From an uncultured Chloroflexia bacterium (GTDB lineage Bacteria > Chloroflexota > Limnocylindria > QHBO01), in contig CAWJMZ010000004.1 of assembly GCA_963844265.1 (NCBI GenBank), positions 39,942 to 103,941 on the forward strand: a DNA stretch of 64,000 bases, written 5' to 3'. Shown here in pieces: positions 9,116 to 17,713 of this stretch (the first letter of the stretch is position 1; the number at the start of each line of letters is the position of its first letter). The position numbers were made by a program, and so were the translations under genes. The notes under the pieces are model-generated. The model searched no databases, was not told the DNA's origin, and saw nothing but the letters and a program-made list of their open reading frames with translations.

Positions 9116-10405
9116 ATGCCCGCGGAGCAGCCGACGCTCTGGGACCGGCCGGACGAGCCAGCGCCGGAGCCGCCCGCCGCCCGCCCCAGCCCGCGCATCC
9201 TGCGCGTCACCGACCTCAACCGGCGGGTTCGGAGCCTCCTCGACGCCGATGCGGTCCTTGCCGACGTCTGGGTCGAGGGCGAGATCAGCCAGCCGTCGTT
9301 CCCCGGAAGCGGCCACTGCTTCTTCACGCTGAAGGACGCCAACAGCCAGATCCGATGCGCGCTGTTTCGGGAGGAGCTGGCGCGAGTGGCCGTGCCCCCT
9401 GCCCACGGGATGAACGTCATCGTCCACGGCCGGGTCCGCGTCTACGAGCCACAGGGCGTCTACCAGCTGTACGTCGAGTCCCTGACGCCGGCAGGTGCGG
9501 GCGACCTCCATGCCCGCTACGAGGAGCTGCGCGGCAAGCTGGCGGCGGAGGGGTTGTTCGACGAGGATCGCAGGCGCCAGGTCGCTCGCTGGCCTCGCCG
9601 CATCGGCGTCGTGACATCGCGCGAAGGAGCGGTGTGGCGCGACATCGGCAACGTGCTGCGCCGCCGCTATCCGCTCGTGCACCTGGTGCTCAGCCCGTGC
9701 GCCGTGCAGGGAGCTTCATCGGCGCCGGGGATCGTGGTGGCGCTGAAACGCATGTACGCCCAGCGCGACCTCGACACGATCATCCTGGCCCGCGGCGGCG
9801 GCTCGCTCGAGGACCTGTGGGGCTTCAACGACGAGCGGGTCGTGCGCGCGGTGGCCGATGCGCCGGTGCCGATCATCGTCGGCGTGGGCCACGAGTCCGA
9901 CGTGACCCTGGCGGACTTCGCCGCCGACCTGCGCGCTCCCACGCCGAGCGCAGCCGCGGAGCTGGCCACGCCGGATGGCACCCAGCTGCTGGCGATCCTG
10001 TCACGCTTCCGCGACCGTGCGTCCGCCGCGCTGCTGGGCCGCGCCGCCGACCAGCGGCGGTTCCTCGACTCGGAGGCACGTGCGCTCGGCCGCCTGGCCC
10101 CGGACCTCGGGGCGGCGCGCCAGCATGCCGCCGACCTGCTGGACCGTGGCGGGCGCATCCTCGACGACCGCCTCGACCGTCGACGCATGCTGCTTGCCTC
10201 CTCGGCCGATGCCCTGCGCGCCCTCTCGCCATCCGCCACGCTCGACCGCGGCTATGCCGTCGCCCGAACGGAGGGTGGGCGGATCCTCCGTGACCCGGCC
10301 GAAGTGCGCGCCGGAGATGCGCTGCACATCACGGTTTCGCGGGGTACCGTGGAGACCCGCGTGGAGCGCACCCGCACCGATGGCACCGAGGACCTGCTCC
10401 GATGA
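9116..10405 (+). CDS. xseA: Exodeoxyribonuclease VII large subunit
   Basis: It has an OB-fold N-terminus (VWVEGEISQP...HCFFTLKD, RVYEPQGVYQLYVE) and a catalytic region (ARGGGSLEDLWGFNDE). Confidence 0.93.
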   Translation: MPAEQPTLWDRPDEPAPEPPAARPSPRILRVTDLNRRVRSLLDADAVLADVWVEGEISQPSFPGSGHCFFTLKDANSQIRCALFREELARVAVPPAHGMNVIVHGRVRVYEPQGVYQLYVESLTPAGAGDLHARYEELRGKLAAEGLFDEDRRRQVARWPRRIGVVTSREGAVWRDIGNVLRRRYPLVHLVLSPCAVQGASSAPGIVVALKRMYAQRDLDTIILARGGGSLEDLWGFNDERVVRAVADAPVPIIVGVGHESDVTLADFAADLRAPTPSAAAELATPDGTQLLAILSRFRDRASAALLGRAADQRRFLDSEARALGRLAPDLGAARQHAADLLDRGGRILDDRLDRRRMLLASSADALRALSPSATLDRGYAVARTEGGRILRDPAEVRAGDALHITVSRGTVETRVERTRTDGTEDLLR

Positions 10406-10653
10406 TCGACGAGGCCAAGCTGGCGGTCCTGACCGACGAGGAGCTGGCCAAGCACCCGTTTGACGAGCTCGTCGCCGCGCTCCAGCGCACGGTGCAGGGG
10501 CTCGAGGCCGGCAACGCGGGCTTGGAAGAGAGCATCGAGCTCTACAAGCGGGCCCTGCGGCTCCATGCGGCATGCGAGACGCGGCTCAAGGCCGCCGAGC
10601 TCCAGATCACCGAGCTCGGGCGACGTGGCGCCCCCGCCGAGCCCGAGGGCTGA
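10402..10653 (+). CDS. xseB: Exodeoxyribonuclease VII small subunit
   Basis: The start overlaps the xseA stop by ATGA. The product is 83 aa and contains LEESIELYKRALRLHAACETRL. Confidence 0.9.
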   Translation: MIDEAKLAVLTDEELAKHPFDELVAALQRTVQGLEAGNAGLEESIELYKRALRLHAACETRLKAAELQITELGRRGAPAEPEG

Positions 10654-10770
10654 CGCCAGGCACCGTCACGCGATCGTCGCCTCGATCGTCTGCAGTCCGA
10701 TGCCGTCTGCGGGCGGCTCCGGAGGCATCGGTCCTATACTTTCCCGCGACCTCACGAGGGCACGCTTTCC

Positions 10771-12723
10771 TTGACTCTCCTCGAGACGGTGCATGAGCCG
10801 TCGCAGCTCCACGACATGACGCCGGAGCAGCTCGAGACCCTCGCGGCTGAGCTCCGCGAGAAGATGATTCGCACCGTCCATTCGACGGGCGGCCACCTGG
10901 CGAGCTCGCTGGGAGCGGTCGAGATCACGCTCGCGCTCCACCGGGTGATGGACTCGCCGCGCGACCGCATCGTGTGGGACACCGGCCACCAGGCCTACGC
11001 GCACAAGCTGCTCACCGGGCGCCGGGACCGGTTCGACTCCCTGCGCCAGGTCGGTGGCGTGGGCGGCTTTCCGCGTCGCAGCGAGAGCGAGCATGACGTC
11101 TTCGACGGCGGCCACGCGGGGACGGGCGTCAGCATCGGAGTGGGACTGGCTGCGGCCCGCGACCTGCGCCCCAGGACCGAACCGGCACGACGGCAGCGCA
11201 TCGCGGTCTGCGTCGGCGACGCGGCGATGGGCTCCGGGCTGACGATGGAGGCCCTGAACCATCTTGGGCACGTGAAGCACCCGCTGCTCATCGTGCTGAA
11301 CGACAACGAGATGAGCATCAGCCCATCGGTCGGCGGACTCTCGACGCGGCTGAACAAGATGCGCCTGTCGCGGGCCTACCAGGAGACGAAGTCGGCGACG
11401 CAGCGCGCCTTGCCGCGCGTGCCGGTCATCGGCCGGCCGGCCTTCGACCTCCTCGCCTGGGCGAAGGAGGGCTTCAAGCGCTCCTGGGCCAAGGTCGGCT
11501 TCTTCGAGGACATCGGGATCACCTACATCGGCGTCCTGGACGGGCACGATCGCGACGAGCTGGAGAGGGCGTTCGAGGCCGCCTTCCAGATCGCGGCTCC
11601 GGTCGTCGTGCACGTGAAGACGACCAAGGGCAAGGGCTACCAGCCCGCCGAGGAGGACGCGATGAGCTTCCACGGCGCATCGCTGCCGCCGATCGACCTG
11701 CTCCTGATCGATCCCACCGAGGAGCCGTTGCCGGCGGAGGCCGAGCCGAAGCGCAAGCCGAAGACGTACACGCAGACGTTCGTGGAAGAGCTCGTGCGTC
11801 TGGGCGAGGATGACCCGCGCATCATCGCCATCACCGCCGGCATGCCGACCGGCACCGGGCTTCAGCGCTTCAGCGATCACTTCCCGAGCCGCTTCCACGA
11901 CGTCGGGATCGCCGAGCAGCACGCCGTCACCATGGCCGCCGGTCTCGCGCTCGCGGGCATGCGCCCGGTGGTGGCGCTGTACTCCACCTTCGGCCAGCGC
12001 GCCTACGACGGGCTGGTCCACGACGTCTGCCAGAACGACCTGCCGGTGCTGCTCGGCCTGGACCGATCCGGTCTCGTCGGCGAGGACGGGACGTCGCACC
12101 AGGGGATGTTCATGCTCCCTGCCATGCGGGCACTGCCGAACCTGGCGATCGGCTCCCCGAAGGACGAGCAGGAGCTGCGCGACCTGGTCGTCACCGGGCT
12201 GACGCACGCCGGCCCGATGGCCCTGCTCTACCCGCGCGATGCCGGCGAGGACCTGCCGGACCGCGCGGGCGAGGCGCTCCCCGTCGGCCGCGCCGAGCTG
12301 CTGCGCTCCGGCTCGGACATGCTGCTGGTGGGCTTCGGGCCGATCGTGCAGCGGCTGCTGGCGGTCGCCTCCGCCCTCGAGGATGACGGCCTGTCCGCCA
12401 CGGTCATCAACGCCCGTTGGGCCAAGCCACTGGACGAGGCCCTCATCGCCGAGCACGCAGCCGGCAAGCGCCTGGTCGTCACCGCCGAGGAGTCCGCCGC
12501 GATGGGCGGGTTTGGCGACGGCGTCCTGGATGCGTTGAACCGCGCCGGCATCCACGTCCCGCTGCACAAGGTCGCGCTCGCCGAGGGATTCGTGCATCAC
12601 GGCGCGGTGGACGACCTACGGCGGCAGCAGCGGATCGATGCCCCGGGCATCCTCGAACAGGTGCGCGAGGCGCTCGGCGCGACTGCCCCCAAGCCGATGC
12701 GTTCGAAGGCGCCCGCCGCCTGA
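10771..12723 (+). CDS. dxs: 1-deoxy-D-xylulose-5-phosphate synthase
   Basis: TTG start. Motifs: GGHLASSLGAVEITLALH, VWDTGHQAYAHKLLTGR, GDAAMGSG (TPP site) and DGTSHQG. Confidence 0.96.
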   Translation: MTLLETVHEPSQLHDMTPEQLETLAAELREKMIRTVHSTGGHLASSLGAVEITLALHRVMDSPRDRIVWDTGHQAYAHKLLTGRRDRFDSLRQVGGVGGFPRRSESEHDVFDGGHAGTGVSIGVGLAAARDLRPRTEPARRQRIAVCVGDAAMGSGLTMEALNHLGHVKHPLLIVLNDNEMSISPSVGGLSTRLNKMRLSRAYQETKSATQRALPRVPVIGRPAFDLLAWAKEGFKRSWAKVGFFEDIGITYIGVLDGHDRDELERAFEAAFQIAAPVVVHVKTTKGKGYQPAEEDAMSFHGASLPPIDLLLIDPTEEPLPAEAEPKRKPKTYTQTFVEELVRLGEDDPRIIAITAGMPTGTGLQRFSDHFPSRFHDVGIAEQHAVTMAAGLALAGMRPVVALYSTFGQRAYDGLVHDVCQNDLPVLLGLDRSGLVGEDGTSHQGMFMLPAMRALPNLAIGSPKDEQELRDLVVTGLTHAGPMALLYPRDAGEDLPDRAGEALPVGRAELLRSGSDMLLVGFGPIVQRLLAVASALEDDGLSATVINARWAKPLDEALIAEHAAGKRLVVTAEESAAMGGFGDGVLDALNRAGIHVPLHKVALAEGFVHHGAVDDLRRQQRIDAPGILEQVREALGATAPKPMRSKAPAA

Positions 12724-12864
12724 CCGCCCTCCCGATGCGGACGGCGAATTACCAGTGTGGCGGGTCTACCGACACCGAAGCGCCGCTGCGAGTCGGCCAC
12801 CGCGATGGATGACCCGTGTCCAGGGTGAGATGCACTGGAGATCGGGCTCGCGCGTCCGTTGACT

Positions 12865-12877
12865 CGTGGGGCGGGTC
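12865..12877 (-). repeat. Third copy of an intergenic motif; the minus strand reads GACCCGCCCCACG
   Basis: The plus strand reads CGTGGGGCGGGTC. Its reverse complement with flank (GACCCGCCCCACGAG) matches the copy at 61448-61462 over 15 nt. It lies exactly 17 nt upstream of the tlyA -10-like box. Confidence 0.6.
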
Positions 12878-12894
12878 GCCGGCGCCGACGGCGC

Positions 12895-12900
12895 TAGGAT
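12895..12900 (+). promoter_or_regulatory. -10-like box TAGGAT, 7 nt before the tlyA ATG (leaderless candidate)
   Basis: TAGGAT, then cgcacgc, then ATG at 12908. No Shine-Dalgarno sequence lies between them. Confidence 0.4.
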
Positions 12901-12907
12901 CGCACGC

Positions 12908-13711
12908 ATGGAGCGCATCCGGCTCGACCAGCTGCTGACCGAGCGCGGCCTGGCCCGATCGCGCTCGGAGGCGCAGGCCCTCATCCATGCCGGCGACGTC
13001 GAGCTCGACGGCACCAGGCGCCTGAAGCCGGGCCAGCTGGTGGCCGCCGACGCATCGGTTTCGCTGGTGGCGAAGCCGAAGTGGGCGAGTCGGGCGGGCG
13101 CGAAGCTCGAGGCCGCCCTGGATGCGTTCGGGATCGATCCTGCCGGCCTGGTCGCACTGGACGCAGGCGCGTCCACCGGCGGGTTCACCGACGTGCTGCT
13201 CGCCCGGGGCGCTCGCCGCGTGTACGCGGTCGACGTCGGTCGAGCGCAGCTGATCCAGCGCCTCCGCGAGGACACGCGCGTGGTGAGCATGGAGCGCACC
13301 AACCTGCGCGAGCTGACCACGCTGCCGGAGCCGGTCGACCTCGCCACGCTCGACCTGAGCTTTATCAGCCTCCGCCTGGTGCTTCCGGCAGTCCGCGCCC
13401 TGGTCGCCGACTCGGGCCGCGTGGTCGCGCTCGTCAAGCCACAGTTCGAGGCGGGAAAGGAGCGGGTACCGCGTGGCGGCGTGGTGCGAGAGCCGTCCGT
13501 CTGGGCGTCGGTTTTGACCGACGTTGCCGCCGGCGCCCGGGATGCCGGTCTGCACCCTGCTTCGGTGATCCGGTCGCCGATCACCGGCGGCGACGGCAAT
13601 GTCGAGTTCCTCGTGGACATGCGCACCCAGGGCGCCGATCCCGAGGCGTTCCGGCGCGACGCCGAGGCCGCGGTGGCCGCCGCGGAGCGCGCGGAAGGCT
13701 CCATGTCGTAG
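12908..13711 (+). CDS. tlyA: 16S/23S rRNA (cytidine-2'-O)-methyltransferase TlyA
   Basis: It has an S4-like N-terminus (RLDQLLTERGLARSRSEAQALI) and a FtsJ-type methyltransferase region (LDAGASTGGFTD). The product is 267 aa and is followed by nadK and recN. Confidence 0.9.
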   Translation: MERIRLDQLLTERGLARSRSEAQALIHAGDVELDGTRRLKPGQLVAADASVSLVAKPKWASRAGAKLEAALDAFGIDPAGLVALDAGASTGGFTDVLLARGARRVYAVDVGRAQLIQRLREDTRVVSMERTNLRELTTLPEPVDLATLDLSFISLRLVLPAVRALVADSGRVVALVKPQFEAGKERVPRGGVVREPSVWASVLTDVAAGARDAGLHPASVIRSPITGGDGNVEFLVDMRTQGADPEAFRRDAEAAVAAAERAEGSMS

Positions 13712-13722
13712 CACGCGCGTAT

Positions 13723-13728
13723 TACGAT
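13723..13728 (+). promoter_or_regulatory. -10-like box TACGAT, 7 nt before the ATG at 13736 (leaderless candidate)
   Basis: TACGAT, then ctgcgcg, then ATG, within a locally AT-richer patch (cgtattacgat). Confidence 0.4.
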
Positions 13729-13735
13729 CTGCGCG

Positions 13736-14074
13736 ATGAAGCGCAGGACCGTCGCGCCGGAGGTCGAGCAGCTCGGCATCGGCTTCGAGGGAATCGAGGT
13801 CGTCGAGCCGACGTCGGCTGAGCCATCGCCCGACACGATGCGCCAGATCGTGAGCCTCCGCATGCCCGACGCGCTGCTGGCACGGGTCGAGGAGGCGGCG
13901 CAGGCGCGGGGCGTGTCGCCCTCGAGCCTGATGCGTGCGCTGATCGCCGCCGGCCTGGATCGGTCCTATGCGGCGGTGCGCGAGCCGAGCGACATGGCGG
14001 CTGAGCTCGCGGAGCTGCGGCACACCATCGAACGGCTCGCCAATCGGCTGGACCGGTCCGACCGCGGCGCATGA
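13736..14074 (+). CDS. Small ribbon-helix-helix (CopG/Arc-like) protein
   Basis: IVSLRMPDALLARVEEAAQARGVSPSSLMRALIAAGL fits a beta-strand plus two-helix RHH pattern. The stop overlaps the nadK start by ATGA. GC3 is high. Confidence 0.7.
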   Translation: MKRRTVAPEVEQLGIGFEGIEVVEPTSAEPSPDTMRQIVSLRMPDALLARVEEAAQARGVSPSSLMRALIAAGLDRSYAAVREPSDMAAELAELRHTIERLANRLDRSDRGA

Positions 14075-14907
14075 AGCGCGTCGGCTTCGCGTGGAATCCC
14101 TACAGCGATCGCGCGCCTGAGCTCCTGGCCCGCGGCCGCGCCTGGTGCGAGGCCCACGACGTCGAGGCCTGGGACGCTCCGGGCGACGCGCGCGAGCGGA
14201 TCGGCGGCGAGCTCCACGACACTGATCTCGTCTGTGTCCTCGGCGGCGACGGCACGTTCCTACGTACCGCCCGGGCCATCGGCGGCTCCGGCGTGCCGAC
14301 CCTTGGGGTCAACCTCGGGCGCATCGGCTTCCTGGCCAAGGTCGAGACCGATGAGCTGGAGCGGGCGCTGGACCAGGTGCTTGCCGGCGACTTCGCCCTG
14401 GAGGATCGATTCCGGATCTCGGCGCGCATCGTGCGCGGCAACGGGCGGGGCGAGGAGCATGCCTGCCTGAACGAGGTCGTCGTGGCACGCGGCAGCCGGG
14501 TGCGGATGCTGCGGCTGGAGGTGGAGGTCTCCGGATCGCACCTTGCGACCTACGTTGCCGACGCGGTCGTCGTGGCCACCCCGACCGGCTCAACCGCTTA
14601 CAGCTTCAGCGCTGGAGGATCGATCCTGGACCCTCGGCTGCGCAACATGGTGATTACCCCGGTTGCGGCCTACCTGTCGCCGCTGCACAGCGTGGTCGCT
14701 GGCGAGGACCAGGTCGTCCACCTGACGCTGCGCGAGGCACACGACGGGGCGCTGATCAGCCTCGATGGCCAAGAGGACCTGCCGATGGCGATCGGTGATC
14801 GCGTCGAGATCCACGCCCTTCCCGAGCCGCTGCGCATGATCGAGCCCGCCGGCAGCACCCCCTTCTACGACCTGCTGCGTACGAAGGCGTCGTTGCTGCC
14901 GTACTAG
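14071..14907 (+). CDS. nadK: NAD(+) kinase
   Basis: Motifs: GGDGTFLRTAR, NLGRIGFL and ATPTGSTAYSFSAGG. Confidence 0.95.
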   Translation: MKRVGFAWNPYSDRAPELLARGRAWCEAHDVEAWDAPGDARERIGGELHDTDLVCVLGGDGTFLRTARAIGGSGVPTLGVNLGRIGFLAKVETDELERALDQVLAGDFALEDRFRISARIVRGNGRGEEHACLNEVVVARGSRVRMLRLEVEVSGSHLATYVADAVVVATPTGSTAYSFSAGGSILDPRLRNMVITPVAAYLSPLHSVVAGEDQVVHLTLREAHDGALISLDGQEDLPMAIGDRVEIHALPEPLRMIEPAGSTPFYDLLRTKASLLPY

Positions 14908-14923
14908 GGCCGATACTGCACCG

Positions 14924-16612
14924 ATGGCGCTGCGCGAGCTGACGGTCGAGAACCTGGCCGTGGTCGAGCGCGTGCGGCTGACATTGGCGCCGGGCTTCAC
15001 GGTGCTGACCGGCGAGACCGGCGCGGGGAAGTCGCTGGTCGTCGACGCCGTGGCGCTCGCCCTCGGAGCTCGGGCGTCCGCCGATTTGGTTCGCGCCGAT
15101 GCGGATGCGGCCCTCGTCGAGGCCGTCTTCGATGCGCCGACCCTCCAGGCCGAGGACCCGATGGTCGACGTCGTGGCCGAGGGCGACGGCTCCATGATCG
15201 TGCGGCGCGAGGTTGGCGCCGACGGCCGGTCAGTGGCGCGCCTCAACGATCGAGCGGTGACGATTGGTGGGCTCGCGTCGGTCGGGGCGAGGCTCGGCGA
15301 GATCCACGGGCAGCACGACCAGCAGCGCCTGCTCGAGCCTGCCCGACAGCTGGCCCTGCTGGACGGGTACGGCGGACATCGGCCCCTGCTCGAGGCCGTC
15401 GCCGATATCCACCGCGCCTGGCGGTCGACCGTCGCCGCGGCCGCTGAGCTCCTGACCGACGCCCACGAGCTGGCCCGCCGGGTCGAGCTGCTGCGCCACC
15501 AGGTCGACGAGATCGCTTCGGCGGCGCCCCGTCCCGGGGAGGACGTGGAGCTCGAAGCGCAGTTACGGGCCGCCGAGCACGCCGAGACGATCGCGCGCGC
15601 GGCACACGAGTCGGTGCGCGCCCTCCGCGACGACGAGGGAGCGGGCGACGCGCTGGCAGTCGCCGAACGTGGCCTGCTGATTGCCGCGGGGCACGACGAG
15701 CGCTTCGCGCCGCTCGCGGACCGAGCGGCCGCCCTGTCGGCGGAGTCGGCCGAGCTCGCCCGGGACGTCGCGGCCGTTGCCGACGGCGTGGACCTCGACC
15801 CGGCAAGCCGCGTGGCGGCGGAGGAGCGGCTTGCGCTGCTGTACGACCTGCGGCGCAAGTACGGCGACACCCTGGAGGCGGTGATCGCCTTCGGAGACTC
15901 GGCCGCCGGCGAGCTCGCCCGCCTGGAGGATCAGGAAGGTGCGCGCCAGCGGTTGCGCGCCGAGGAGGCGGCGCGTCGCGGAATGCTGGAGGCGGAGGCA
16001 TCCAAGCTGCGCGCGGCCCGCACCGCAGCGGCGCATCGGCTGGCTGGCGCCGTGAACGAGGAGCTCCCGCCGCTCGGGCTGCCGGGCGGAGCATTCGACG
16101 TGGAGCTGGCGGAGGCGGAGATCGGCCCGGGAGGCGGCGATCGGGTGACATTCACGTTCGCGCCCAACCCGGGCGAGCCGCCTCGCCCGCTGGGCCGGAT
16201 CGCGTCCGGGGGGGAGGCGAGCCGGGTGTCGTTGGCGCTGAAGGTCGTGCTGGCCGCGGCCGACGAGACGCCGTTGCTCGTGTTCGACGAGGTGGATGCG
16301 GGCGTCGGCGGACGGAACGCATCCGCGCTCGGCGAGCGCCTGCGACGGCTGAGCTCGTTCCACCAGGTGCTGTGCGTCACGCACCTGCCGCAGGTGGCGG
16401 CCTGGGCCGACGCGCACCTCGTGGTCGGCAAGAGCGTCGACGGGAACCGCACCTCGGTCGAAGTGAGGACGCTGATGCCGGAGGAGCGCCCCGGCGAGCT
16501 CGCCGCCATGCTGACCGGCGAGGGCGCGGGGGAGGAGGCGCGCGCCACGGCCGTAGCGCTCCTGCGCGGCGCTGCCGGCCCTCGAATTGGATACCTCGAA
16601 TCGGATAACTAG
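14924..16612 (+). CDS. recN: DNA repair protein RecN
   Basis: It has a Walker A motif (TGETGAGKSLVVDA), a long coiled-coil middle, an ABC signature (SGGEASRVSLAL) and a Walker B motif (LLVFDEVDAG). Confidence 0.96.
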   Translation: MALRELTVENLAVVERVRLTLAPGFTVLTGETGAGKSLVVDAVALALGARASADLVRADADAALVEAVFDAPTLQAEDPMVDVVAEGDGSMIVRREVGADGRSVARLNDRAVTIGGLASVGARLGEIHGQHDQQRLLEPARQLALLDGYGGHRPLLEAVADIHRAWRSTVAAAAELLTDAHELARRVELLRHQVDEIASAAPRPGEDVELEAQLRAAEHAETIARAAHESVRALRDDEGAGDALAVAERGLLIAAGHDERFAPLADRAAALSAESAELARDVAAVADGVDLDPASRVAAEERLALLYDLRRKYGDTLEAVIAFGDSAAGELARLEDQEGARQRLRAEEAARRGMLEAEASKLRAARTAAAHRLAGAVNEELPPLGLPGGAFDVELAEAEIGPGGGDRVTFTFAPNPGEPPRPLGRIASGGEASRVSLALKVVLAAADETPLLVFDEVDAGVGGRNASALGERLRRLSSFHQVLCVTHLPQVAAWADAHLVVGKSVDGNRTSVEVRTLMPEERPGELAAMLTGEGAGEEARATAVALLRGAAGPRIGYLESDN

Positions 16613-16701
16613 CGCCATGACGTACGTTACGCGGACGCTATGGGCCTCGAGCCGCCTGGCCGAGCGCGGCGCGTGCCTCAGCGGGGCACTTGGGCCACGT
16701 G

Positions 16702-16721
16702 ATCCGCCGCAGACGGCGGAT
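16702..16721 (+). terminator. Hairpin ATCCGCCG-caga-CGGCGGAT downstream of recN
   Basis: A perfect 8-bp stem with a 4-nt loop lies 90 nt after the recN stop. There is no clear U-tract, so the function is uncertain. Confidence 0.3.
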
Positions 16722-16786
16722 TATCCGAGTGGGGAGCTCGCGAGTGCGGTGGCCGGAGCCGTGGCGCGTGACATCCGGGTCGGCGT

Positions 16787-17683
16787 GTGACGGCCGCCGC
16801 CGCCTCCCTGGAGGACAGCATCGACGCCTTCCTGGTCGAGCTCCGTGTCGAGCGTGGGCTGTCGCCGCTGACGATCGAGGCGTATCGGCGGGACCTCGCC
16901 CAGTTCGCGGAGCATGTGACGGGCGATCGCTGGCGCTCCGACCCGGCGCCGCTCATGGCATTCGTGGCCTCGCTCCAGCGGCAGGGAGCCAAGGGCAGCA
17001 CCCAGGCCCGGAAGAGCGCCGCGGTCCGCAGCTTCTACGCCTTCGCGCTCCGCGAGGGGCTGGCCACCCGCGACGTGCCGGCGCTGGTGGACGCGCCGCG
17101 ACCCGGGTCCTACCTGCCGGACGTGCTGGCGCCGGATGACGTGACGCGCATCCTCGACGCGCCGCCTCTCGACGATCCGGTCGGCATCCGCGATCGGGCC
17201 ATCCTGGAGCTGCTCTACGGCTGCGGCCTGCGGGTCAGCGAGCTGGTCGGCCTCGACACCGATCGGGTCGACCTGGCGAGCCAGCAGGTCAGGGTCATCG
17301 GCAAGGGCAACAAGGAGCGCCGGGTGCCGATGGGGGACGAGGCACGCGATCGGCTGCATCGGTATCGGTCGGGTCCGCGAGGCCAGTGGACGGCCGGACG
17401 ACCGACGCCGGCGGTGTTCGTCAGCCAGCGCGGCAGCCGGTTGTCACGGGAGTCGGTGTGGCGGCTGGTGAAGCGCTGGAGCGAGGCGGCGGGCGTCGTC
17501 GAGCGGGTCACGCCCCACACGTTTCGGCACAGTTTCGCGACGCACCTGCTCGAGGGCGGGGCCGACCTGCGCGTGGTCCAGGCCCTCCTCGGCCATGCTA
17601 GCATCAGCACCACCCAGCTCTACACCCACCTGACCGGCGAGCGCGTCCGCGAGGTCTACGCGCGGGCGCACCCCAGAGCCTGA
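16787..17683 (+). CDS. xerD: Tyrosine recombinase, XerD-type
   Basis: The C-terminal catalytic region is HTFRHSFATHLLEGGADLRVVQALLGHASISTTQLYTH. The N-terminal SAM-like region is IDAFLVELRVERGLSPLTIEAYRRDL. The XerD versus XerC assignment rests on synteny only. Confidence 0.85.
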   Translation: MTAAAASLEDSIDAFLVELRVERGLSPLTIEAYRRDLAQFAEHVTGDRWRSDPAPLMAFVASLQRQGAKGSTQARKSAAVRSFYAFALREGLATRDVPALVDAPRPGSYLPDVLAPDDVTRILDAPPLDDPVGIRDRAILELLYGCGLRVSELVGLDTDRVDLASQQVRVIGKGNKERRVPMGDEARDRLHRYRSGPRGQWTAGRPTPAVFVSQRGSRLSRESVWRLVKRWSEAAGVVERVTPHTFRHSFATHLLEGGADLRVVQALLGHASISTTQLYTHLTGERVREVYARAHPRA

Positions 17684-17713
17684 GGGAACACCAGCGGAGG
17701 GTACGAATCCCCG

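Noticed and set aside
10666-12600. A very long antisense ORF (644 aa) lies opposite dxs. Similar ones lie opposite other genes: 4415..5899, 18462..20420, 29673..30998, 42631..44661, 45602..47194, 48057..49430, 50147..51640 and 55157..56662.
   Set aside because: These are typical stop-codon-poor shadow frames of ~70% GC DNA. Their translations are Arg/Ala/Gly/Pro-rich with no recognisable motifs. In each case the opposite strand encodes a protein with unmistakable family signatures and G/C-dominated third codon positions.
14908-14923. A LexA/SOS box might lie upstream of recN.
   Set aside because: No TCGAAC-N4-GTTCGA-like sequence is present in the 16-nt gap or upstream of the RHH-nadK-recN unit. 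A GATACT hexamer lies 6 nt before the recN ATG, but it is too weak to call on its own.
16787-17683. The tyrosine recombinase could be a mobile-element integrase.
   Set aside because: Its sequence and its position after recN (as with Rv1701 xerD) fit the chromosome-dimer resolvase XerD. No flanking repeats, att-like duplications or cargo genes were seen.
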